Of a stretch of 64,000 nucleotides of DNA, positions 36,664 to 44,379 are shown piece by piece. Source of the DNA: a virus (lineage: Duplodnaviria; Caudoviricetes). The position numbers and the translations under genes were made by a program. The notes under the pieces were generated by a model, which saw nothing but the letters and a program-made list of their open reading frames with translations, was not told where the DNA came from and did not search any database. The stretch is taken from IMG/VR virus record IMGVR_UViG_3300011832_000001, positions 1-64,000 of that record, one strand, 5' to 3'. Each line of letters starts with the position of its first letter. Position 1 is the first letter of the stretch.

Positions 36664-39600
36664 ATGAGACCAACACGTTACGAGAATTTTCACAAGCATG
36701 ACCACTTATCAAACTTAGTGGTTGCGGATTCGGTGGCAACGCCTGATGATTATATCGAACGTTATAAAGAGTTAGGAATGCAAGGATATTCTCTATGTAA
36801 TCATGGAATTTTGATGAACTACGGAGAAGCATACTATAAGGCTAAGAATAGCGGATTCAAACCAATCTTTGCAGTCGAAGCCTATATGCGAGTTAGCCGT
36901 GAATCAAAGTCAATGAATCACCAACTAATTATTGCTAAAAATAATGACGGACGTAAAGAATTAAATGCGCTCCTATCTAAAGCTTGGGTTGAACGACTTT
37001 ATAATAAACGTAATCCAATCTACTTGGATGAGCTTCTGAGCTTAAATCCTAATAACTTTATCCTTACGACAACTTGTATCGATAGTGTTATGTCGAAACA
37101 CGGTGATGAAGCTACAGAATGGTATTTAAAACCTCTTATTAATCACTTTGGTAAGGAGAACATCTATCTAGAAATGCAATACCATGTATGGCAACCACAG
37201 ATTGAATACAATCAGCGTTTATTGAAATATCGTGATAAATATGACTTGAAGCTTTTCTTTGCTACAGATAGTCACCATGTATCACCTCAGGATGTTGAGT
37301 TCCGTACAATCATGCAGGAATCAAAAGGTCTTTTTTATTCAGATGACCCTGAAAATAGCTTTTGGTTGGACGTTCCTGATATTGATACTATCTATGACCG
37401 TTTCGCTCAACAAGGCGTTCTAACAGAAGATGATGTCACGGAAGCAATTAATTCAACAATTGAAGTATTCGATAAAATTGACAACATTGAATTGAGTACA
37501 GAAATTAAAATGCCGTCATTGTATCCTAATAAGACCCATGAAGAGAAGGTTGAAATTCTCAAGAAGTTAATTGTAAAACTTTGGAAAGAGGAGTCTAAAA
37601 AAGTTCCTGTTGAGAATCATCCTATCTATAAGCGTGAGATTGCTCATGAATTTAAAATTATTAAGGATACAAAAATGGAGGATTACTTCTTATTCAACTA
37701 TGAGATTATTCGTAGAGGAAAAGAGAAACATGGTTTACAGTTAACGCAAACAGGACGTGGCTCAGCACCATCTATGTATCTTAATAAATTATTAGGATTT
37801 ACCGATGTAGATAGAATTGATGCCACTGTTAAGATGTTTCCTGAGCGTTTCATGTCTGTAGAACGTATCTTAGAGGTTGCGAGCTTACCTGATATTGACT
37901 TTAACATGGTTGCAGATGAACCTGCTGTTAAGGCAAGTGTTGAAATTCTAGGAGAAGGTCACGTATATCCTATGATTGCTCTAGGAACATATCAAGATTC
38001 GGGAGCATTCCACTTATATGGGAAAGCCAAAGGTGTTCCCCCTAAAGCCCGTGATGAAGTAGGAAAAAACTTAGACTCATATAAGAACAGTGATGAATAT
38101 GGAGATATGATTCATAAATCTAAAAAATATGTAGGTATCACTGAGTCTATTTCTATTCACCCTTGTGCATACCTTCTCTACGATGAGGATATTGCTTCTG
38201 AGGTTGGTTTAATTAAGACAACGAATACAGATGGTGAAGAGTTCACTATGGCTCTTATTGATAGTTATTATTCAGATGTTTTTAAGTTTCTTAAAAACGA
38301 TTATTTGAAGGTAACTGTCTATAAGATTCTTTATAACGTAGCTGAAATCACAGAACCACTTCCTAGCGTATCTGATTTAGTTAAGTATTCAGTGGAGAAC
38401 CCTGATATTTGGAAGATTTATGAAGACGGTATGACAGCAACTCTAAACCAAACCGCAACTGACTCAGCACGTCCTCAAGTCATGTGGTATAAACCTAAGA
38501 CAATCGCAGAGTTGTCTCACTTTGTCGCAGGTATTCGTCCGTCATTCCAATCTATGAAGAAACGATTATTCGACCGTGAAGATTTCAGTTACGGTATTCC
38601 TGAGTTTGATAAACTCTTACAGTCTAGTGATAACTTTATTCTATATCAAGAAAATATCATGGCAGTTTTGCAATATGCAGGTTTCCCATCAGGTGAGACT
38701 TATTCTCTTTTGAAGCAGATTGCAAAGAAACGTGGTAACTTTGAATTGATTAAAGAGCGATTCTTTAAAGGGTTTATGAAGAAAGCTAGAATTGAAAGAC
38801 AGGAAGTTGAATATGTATGGCGAATCATTGAAGATGCTGTAGGGTATGGATTTAACTCATCTCATAGTTACTCAGTAGCGGTAGATTCATTGTATGGAGC
38901 TTACTATAAGCATAAGTATCCTGTTGAATACTTCTCTGTAATCCTAGAGATTTACAAGAAAGATAAAACAATTGCACCTCAAATCTTCTCTGAGTTGGAA
39001 TACTTCGGTCTTCGAGTTAAGCCATTGGAGTTTGGTAAATCTCGTGCAGAGTTTTATGCAGATGGAAATGATATTTATCGTGGTACTTCTTCGGTCAAAG
39101 GTGTCAATAAGAATACAGGCGAACTTCTTTATCAAATCTCAAAATCAGTAAAAGAAGATGCAGATTTTGTAGATGTTCTATTGTTATGTGAGGAAAATAA
39201 AGTGAGTAAATCTGATATTCATAAACTGATTCATGTTGGGTATTTCCGAAAGTATGGCGGAAGTCGATACTTGCTAAATATTTGGGAAAGATACTATGGT
39301 CAAATCAAACCACCTTCTAAAGATAAAGCTTTTAAAGTGGATGGTGTTAAACGTTCTCGTGAGACTCGATTGAGTAATCTTTATGAATCAATTAAAGATA
39401 TGGATAAAGAAGAGAACATTACACCTCTTGAGTTAGTTCGATTCGAATATGGATTATTCAATCAGCTAGAGAGTCGTCATAAAGAGTTCTCAAACAGAGA
39501 TTATATTGTTCTTGATACTTTAACAAAGTACAAGAATGCAGTAGTTAAAGTTCAGGCTCTTAAATCAGGGAAGATTGTAAACGTAACTGTTAAGTCAGCC

Positions 39601-39771
39601 TATTTCTATGATGATAATGGGAAGCCAAAGCTTTTAAAAGGTGATGTAATTCGTATTCATCGTGCTCAAAAAGAAGAGATTAATAAACCTGTAACTATTG
39701 ATGGAGAGGAAGTTTGGAGACCAAGTGGAGAATTTAAACACTTCTTATACACTTGGAATAAATTTAATTAA
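36664..39771 (+). CDS. dnaE: DNA polymerase III alpha-like, C family (YorL-like), with intact PHP domain
   Basis: HKH..S, NHG and DSH PHP ligands; GRGSA, FPERF, PDIDF, HPCA, KNDYL, YQE, YGFN.SHS.S motifs. Confidence 0.95.
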   Translation: MRPTRYENFHKHDHLSNLVVADSVATPDDYIERYKELGMQGYSLCNHGILMNYGEAYYKAKNSGFKPIFAVEAYMRVSRESKSMNHQLIIAKNNDGRKELNALLSKAWVERLYNKRNPIYLDELLSLNPNNFILTTTCIDSVMSKHGDEATEWYLKPLINHFGKENIYLEMQYHVWQPQIEYNQRLLKYRDKYDLKLFFATDSHHVSPQDVEFRTIMQESKGLFYSDDPENSFWLDVPDIDTIYDRFAQQGVLTEDDVTEAINSTIEVFDKIDNIELSTEIKMPSLYPNKTHEEKVEILKKLIVKLWKEESKKVPVENHPIYKREIAHEFKIIKDTKMEDYFLFNYEIIRRGKEKHGLQLTQTGRGSAPSMYLNKLLGFTDVDRIDATVKMFPERFMSVERILEVASLPDIDFNMVADEPAVKASVEILGEGHVYPMIALGTYQDSGAFHLYGKAKGVPPKARDEVGKNLDSYKNSDEYGDMIHKSKKYVGITESISIHPCAYLLYDEDIASEVGLIKTTNTDGEEFTMALIDSYYSDVFKFLKNDYLKVTVYKILYNVAEITEPLPSVSDLVKYSVENPDIWKIYEDGMTATLNQTATDSARPQVMWYKPKTIAELSHFVAGIRPSFQSMKKRLFDREDFSYGIPEFDKLLQSSDNFILYQENIMAVLQYAGFPSGETYSLLKQIAKKRGNFELIKERFFKGFMKKARIERQEVEYVWRIIEDAVGYGFNSSHSYSVAVDSLYGAYYKHKYPVEYFSVILEIYKKDKTIAPQIFSELEYFGLRVKPLEFGKSRAEFYADGNDIYRGTSSVKGVNKNTGELLYQISKSVKEDADFVDVLLLCEENKVSKSDIHKLIHVGYFRKYGGSRYLLNIWERYYGQIKPPSKDKAFKVDGVKRSRETRLSNLYESIKDMDKEENITPLELVRFEYGLFNQLESRHKEFSNRDYIVLDTLTKYKNAVVKVQALKSGKIVNVTVKSAYFYDDNGKPKLLKGDVIRIHRAQKEEINKPVTIDGEEVWRPSGEFKHFLYTWNKFN

Positions 39772-39805
39772 GAGGGTTGACAGCCCTCTTTTATTATGCT
39801 ATAAT
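39770..39805 (+). promoter_or_regulatory. Terminator hairpin containing the -35 of a sigma-A promoter
   Basis: AAGAGGGTTG/CAGCCCTCTT inverted repeat plus TT; TTGACA (39777)-17 bp-TATAAT (39800). Confidence 0.85.
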
Positions 39806-39840
39806 TAAGACAAGATAAAAACAAAAGGAGTCGATTATAA

Positions 39841-40269
39841 ATGAAAAAGGTACAACTAACTCGTGAATTTGTAGATACGGTCAACGGAACTTTGGAAGAA
39901 TTATATGAGACATTTAAACATAAGAATATCCAAACAGGTTTCCATAATCGTGAAGGCGGTTCTGTAGCTGTTGTTAAGGAACGTAAGATTTTAATCTCAT
40001 TGCTAGAGGTGTGGAATTACCATCAAGAAGGGTTAAAAGCAGATGATGTTCTAAAGACAATTTTTCTTCATGAACTTGGTCATATCCTATCTGACGATGA
40101 TGGTTTATATAAAGAAAGTGATGACTTTTCAGCAGTATTGATGAATGAACACTACGCTTGGGATTTTGCAGATGAACTTCGCTTAACTCATAAAATCCGT
40201 GTATCACATGATACTTGGAATGAATTAAAAAAACAAGCTTTGAATAGCTATAGTATTGGAGGAGAATAA
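39841..40269 (+). CDS. HExxH metalloprotease-like protein (ImmA/IrrE-like signature)
   Basis: FLHELGH...E..AW..A. Confidence 0.7.
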   Translation: MKKVQLTREFVDTVNGTLEELYETFKHKNIQTGFHNREGGSVAVVKERKILISLLEVWNYHQEGLKADDVLKTIFLHELGHILSDDDGLYKESDDFSAVLMNEHYAWDFADELRLTHKIRVSHDTWNELKKQALNSYSIGGE

Positions 40270-40272
40270 ATA

Positions 40273-40548
40273 ATGAAAAAATTCACTTATAATATTGATT
40301 ATAGTCATTTAAAACAAGAGTTGGGGATTGAGAATTTACCTTATTCATTTGAAAATAATAATAAGGAATATTCTTTTAATAAGATTAAGGAATTGGCGGA
40401 TAATCTTGAAATGGAATTATCAGATGAAGAATTTATGTTGCTGTATAAAATCCAATTGGATGACAAAGATGCAGGTTGGATTATGCGAATTATGAAGAAC
40501 TATAACAAAAGTTTAGCATCAGCTCTAGTTAGCTATATTTGTTACTGA
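40273..40548 (+). CDS. Hypothetical protein
   Basis: GGAGGAG RBS. Confidence 0.7.
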   Translation: MKKFTYNIDYSHLKQELGIENLPYSFENNNKEYSFNKIKELADNLEMELSDEEFMLLYKIQLDDKDAGWIMRIMKNYNKSLASALVSYICY

Positions 40549-40557
40549 GGTGGATAT

Positions 40558-40833
40558 ATGAAATTAACAAAAGAAGAAATTTTAAAAAAATATTTAACGG
40601 AAAGAGAAAAGGGAACTTGGAATGAAATTATCGAGGAAGCTAAATTTATTGAAAGATTACTTTTTTTAATTGGACAAATAAACAGCCCTGTTGTTCGAAG
40701 TCATATGTATAATCAGGTTCAGCCTGAATTGGAAAGAATGAAAGATGAGAAAAATAGACTTAAAATAACAGCTCAGGTGAGGTATGAGGAAGACTTAAGA
40801 GGGAAAGGGATGCACAACTATTTAAGAAAATAA
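40558..40833 (+). CDS. Hypothetical helical protein
   Basis: GAGGTGG RBS. Confidence 0.7.
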   Translation: MKLTKEEILKKYLTEREKGTWNEIIEEAKFIERLLFLIGQINSPVVRSHMYNQVQPELERMKDEKNRLKITAQVRYEEDLRGKGMHNYLRK

Positions 40834-40839
40834 TATGTA

Positions 40840-40870
40840 AAGGGGTCATAAGACCCCCTTTTTTTATTTT
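40840..40870. terminator. Terminator at the junction of the convergent early/middle and late arms
   Basis: GGGGTC-ATAA-GACCCC stem with a long T tract on + and an A run upstream. Confidence 0.8.
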
Positions 40871-41490
40871 TATACTCTACGTCCTTTGTAGAGTTTTCCT
40901 TTAACGTCAAATGTTGTTGCATCTGAACTAGGAATAACCCATGAGCCACTTGAGCTTTCATAAGTTAGTGACTGACCTTCTCCAACTTTGAAGCAATCCA
41001 TTGGATTAAATGTTGAGTCTCCGACTCCACGTTTCCAAATATTTGAATTGCCTGATAGTGTTGGTGAATAAGTTGGATATTTAACATCAACATCAAGCTC
41101 AACGTGAAGGTGAGGTGAACCACCATATCTACCTGTTGAGCCATATCTTCCGATATATTCACCTTGTTTGATGATAGCTCCTTTTCTCACTGAACGACCA
41201 ATAGATGATAGATGAGCCATACGAATTGTAAGCTGTCTGTCTCCTTTATATTTTCCATAATGGACATTAACCTTATGAACGCTAACAGCAATAATAGTAT
41301 TACCCATTAAGGTATCATTTCCATAAGCGACAATCTTCATGTCAAATGGAGCAACAAGATTAATATTCGTTCTTCTAAGGTCTGCCATATCCATTCCAAA
41401 ATGTTTGAATCCCATTCTTCTTAAATATGGAATGCTGTGCCAACCTGCCGTCACTCTAGCATCTTTTAAAGGTAAAATTGCCTTTTGCAC
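40870..41490 (-). CDS. M23-family peptidoglycan endopeptidase (second lytic enzyme)
   Basis: HFGMD, AHL and G.TG....PHLH motifs; AAGAAAGGAAG RBS before GTG 41490 (track start 41544). Confidence 0.85.
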   Translation of the reverse strand: MQKAILPLKDARVTAGWHSIPYLRRMGFKHFGMDMADLRRTNINLVAPFDMKIVAYGNDTLMGNTIIAVSVHKVNVHYGKYKGDRQLTIRMAHLSSIGRSVRKGAIIKQGEYIGRYGSTGRYGGSPHLHVELDVDVKYPTYSPTLSGNSNIWKRGVGDSTFNPMDCFKVGEGQSLTYESSSGSWVIPSSDATTFDVKGKLYKGRRV

Positions 41491-41524
41491 ATTAAAACTT
41501 CCTTTCTTGTAAATATTTCGAGTC

Positions 41525-41579
41525 ATAGGAGGCGTTTTAAGCACCTTCGAATTTCCTCCGTTGGTGTCTGTACCTCTAT
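41525..41579 (-). ncRNA. Candidate structured RNA element between the amidase and M23 genes
   Basis: Three nested stems on the minus strand: ATAGAGGT/GCCTCCTAT, CACC/GGTG, CGGA-GGAAA-TTCG; GC-rich and without a U tract. Confidence 0.4.
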
Positions 41580-41582
41580 TAA

Positions 41583-42599
41583 TTACTTTAAATATGATTT
41601 ATTCACATATCCTCTTGGTTCTACGATTTCAACCCAACCATTACCCATATCTTTTTTGACTTCTACTTTGTCACCTTTTGAGACTTGACCTACAATTGGA
41701 TGACCTGCACCTGAACCTTTTCTAACATTAAGTTTAGTTGCAGTCACTTCTCTAATGTCTTTCGAAAGGTCTTTTGTTGCATTAAGTTTTCCGTTGATAT
41801 AATGTCTCATAATACCATTAATCTTCTCAGCATGAGCTAAAGCATAATCATATTTAGAGTAAGCTCCAACTTGATTATTATCTTTATCAAACACTCTGAA
41901 AAGGTCAACTCTAGTAGGTTGTGGTTTTACGATATTCGAAACAACTTCTTTACCATCAACAAAATGTTTAATTGTAGAACCTTTATATTCTGATTGTAGT
42001 CTCTTAGCATAATCTTCATTAGTGAATGCACCAATTTGTTGTCCTTGAGAATTATAGACTCTCCAAAGCTCATCATAGCTTGGCTTAACCTGAGGTTTAG
42101 GCGCAATCAATTCGGCATATCTTTTAGAGATTGCTTTCTTGAATTCATAATCACGACCTTCATCTAAAATGCGATGTGGGCAATTTTTGCCTGACCATTC
42201 TTTATGATATTTTACTTTATCAGGAGTTAGGTTCAACTCAATTAAAAGTCTAGCTGTATATTCAATTGCATTTTCTTCTGCTTTTCTATATCTGTCTCCA
42301 CCCGATTTTGAATAACAAATCTCAATGGAAACTGATTGTCTATTACCTGTTCCATTATTCCCATCACCACAAGCCCATGCATTCCTATTAAAAGGAATAG
42401 CTTGGATTGCTTCAATATCATCAATAGCAACATGATAACTAGTATAGTTTGTGTTTCTGACCATATATGCGATTTCATTTCTAGCAGATGCATCATTAGC
42501 CGTATTATGAATTGTCACATATTTAGGTGTCATCGCATAAGTTGCTTTGATTGGATATTTGCTAGTTGGAATTAAATCTTTAATTAATTTATATGCCAT
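41583..42599 (-). CDS. Endolysin: Amidase_2 (XlyA/CwlA-like) plus two SPOR-like repeats plus SH3b
   Basis: TIHNTAN, SYH, NAWACGDG, SIEIC and H..WSGKNCP motifs; two RV...Q.GA repeats; LNVRKG...VG.V.KG...GW...GYV C-terminus. Confidence 0.92.
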   Translation of the reverse strand: MAYKLIKDLIPTSKYPIKATYAMTPKYVTIHNTANDASARNEIAYMVRNTNYTSYHVAIDDIEAIQAIPFNRNAWACGDGNNGTGNRQSVSIEICYSKSGGDRYRKAEENAIEYTARLLIELNLTPDKVKYHKEWSGKNCPHRILDEGRDYEFKKAISKRYAELIAPKPQVKPSYDELWRVYNSQGQQIGAFTNEDYAKRLQSEYKGSTIKHFVDGKEVVSNIVKPQPTRVDLFRVFDKDNNQVGAYSKYDYALAHAEKINGIMRHYINGKLNATKDLSKDIREVTATKLNVRKGSGAGHPIVGQVSKGDKVEVKKDMGNGWVEIVEPRGYVNKSYLK

Positions 42600-42954
42600 T
42601 GTTATCTTTCTCTCTTTCTTCTAAATACTCTTGGTATGTTTCATCCGTAAATACTTCATCAACATAACCTTCTTCTCTGTCATCGATACCGTTATTGTTA
42701 GCATCTCTAAATTCAATCTTCGCCTGTTCGACTTTACCTTGAGTTACTTCGTGAGCTACATCTTTTGCTATGTTAATACCTGCGATTGCACCAACCAACG
42801 ATAAGAATATAGTCACCATCCCTTCTGCTATAACACCGACAACGATATATTGCCAACATATAACGGCTGTGAATATCAATAGAACAAGAACGAGAATTGA
42901 AAATCTCTTCTCGTCTATTGACATTAAATCTATATCTTTAATCTTCTTCTTCAT
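42589..42954 (-). CDS. Holin-like 2-TM protein with acidic C-terminal tail
   Basis: Two hydrophobic helices and basic N-terminus; directly upstream of the endolysin. Confidence 0.7.
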   Translation of the reverse strand: MKKKIKDIDLMSIDEKRFSILVLVLLIFTAVICWQYIVVGVIAEGMVTIFLSLVGAIAGINIAKDVAHEVTQGKVEQAKIEFRDANNNGIDDREEGYVDEVFTDETYQEYLEEREKDNNGI

Positions 42955-43891
42955 TCTTCCTTACCCCCTGAATCATTATATAATAACTTGCAACAACAAT
43001 CAGACTAGCCATAAGGAATAAGAATCCGAAAAGTACAGTTCGATTCCATGACGTACTAAAATCAATTTGTACCTCAACCTGTATCAATTCTCCTGTATAG
43101 TCTTCGACTATAGAGGTTGTATAAGTTTGACTTCTCTTATTTTCTATTTTTACTATTTGAGAACCACTTGAAACAGGAAGGTCTCTGTACTCCTCATCAA
43201 CAGGCACGAATTTTATTTCTTTTACATATCTAGTCAAATTTAAATTCTCTAAGCTCTCAGGAGATGTAAAAAGACTATTAAAATCATCTGTTGACTCTAT
43301 ATTTATTTTAATTATAAGAATGACATCATCAGTACCGTTTAGCTTTCCAATATTGAGGAAAGCTTTTTTATAAACGGTTTTGTCATCTTTTCTAATAAGT
43401 TCAGTAATGAAGTATTCACCCTTGCCTTTTTGGGCTAATTCCTTCACTATATTCTTATGCTTATCGTTATCATAGGTGTCTCTTGTCATTCTCAAATTCG
43501 GTGGAGCAAAATTTATAATTCCACCTTTTGAATTAACAATTACCACCTCTGATATTTCATGTCTTTGTCTTATGGATTCTATATCTTGAACCCTTAAATT
43601 ATTTCTATCTTCACTTAAATCCTCATTAACTTCTTCTAATTTCTGTTTCATACCACTGTTTATAAAACTGTTATATGAAGTTATCCTATCTACCGAATTT
43701 GCAAAAGTCAAATTTACCGATTGACTAGCTATTTCTGCTATATTTGTTCTGTAATTTTGTTGTTGAGTGTAAAGGTAGACAAAGACAGACAGAAGTGTTA
43801 CAATTACTAAAGTAGCATTTAGTAAGCTGAATCTTGACACGATACCTCTTCGTGTATTGATTCTTTTGAACTTCAATATCCCTTTTTTCAT
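42938..43891 (-). CDS. 2-TM protein with an extracytoplasmic Cache/PDC-like sensor domain and no cytoplasmic output domain
   Basis: TM1, long helix, ISEVVIVNSKGGII, ELIRK....YK, then TM2 and an 11-aa tail; GAAAGAGG RBS before ATG 43891. Confidence 0.65.
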   Translation of the reverse strand: MKKGILKFKRINTRRGIVSRFSLLNATLVIVTLLSVFVYLYTQQQNYRTNIAEIASQSVNLTFANSVDRITSYNSFINSGMKQKLEEVNEDLSEDRNNLRVQDIESIRQRHEISEVVIVNSKGGIINFAPPNLRMTRDTYDNDKHKNIVKELAQKGKGEYFITELIRKDDKTVYKKAFLNIGKLNGTDDVILIIKINIESTDDFNSLFTSPESLENLNLTRYVKEIKFVPVDEEYRDLPVSSGSQIVKIENKRSQTYTTSIVEDYTGELIQVEVQIDFSTSWNRTVLFGFLFLMASLIVVASYYIMIQGVRKNEEED

Positions 43892-43910
43892 TACACCATC
43901 CTCTTTCTTA

Positions 43911-44351
43911 TTACTTGGATGAAACGAAATATTGAATAACAGCACCTATGATTGAAGAAACGATAGATAGAGCAACGGCAACTATTATACCGTAGGCTTT
44001 ATTATATTTTTCTTTCTCAGATGCGGTAAGACTATTTTCGATATAGGAATCTTTAGTTTTCAATTCTGAAATCTCATTTTCTAAATCTTCCATCTTATCG
44101 TTAACAAAGTCTATCTCTCGCATCAAGGAAGCATTTGAATTTGACATTTTACTATCGAACTCTCTAGAAAGTCTCTTCAACTCATCTCTTAGTAGAGAAA
44201 TCTCAGCGATAAGCTTATCATTCTGAGACTTCTCAATCCTAAGCTGATTCTCATCATTTCTTTTCAAATCTTTTATAATAGTGTCAATCTTATATTCGGT
44301 CATGGATATTTTAGTAATAAGTTCGTGCATTTCCTTATCTCTTCCATCCAT
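43911..44351 (-). CDS. XhlA/BhlA-like coiled-coil protein with C-terminal TM (lysis accessory)
   Basis: Heptad coiled coil followed by GIIVAVALSIVSSIIGAVIQYF; first gene of the lysis cassette. Confidence 0.65.
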   Translation of the reverse strand: MDGRDKEMHELITKISMTEYKIDTIIKDLKRNDENQLRIEKSQNDKLIAEISLLRDELKRLSREFDSKMSNSNASLMREIDFVNDKMEDLENEISELKTKDSYIENSLTASEKEKYNKAYGIIVAVALSIVSSIIGAVIQYFVSSK

Positions 44352-44379
44352 TTAAAATATTCTTCCCTTCTATATAAGA

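Noticed and set aside
22907-39771. Group I introns or inteins in RNR, thyA or polymerase, as in SPbeta bnrdE/bnrdF
   Set aside because: ORFs are continuous and of normal length, with no intein or homing-endonuclease inserts visible.
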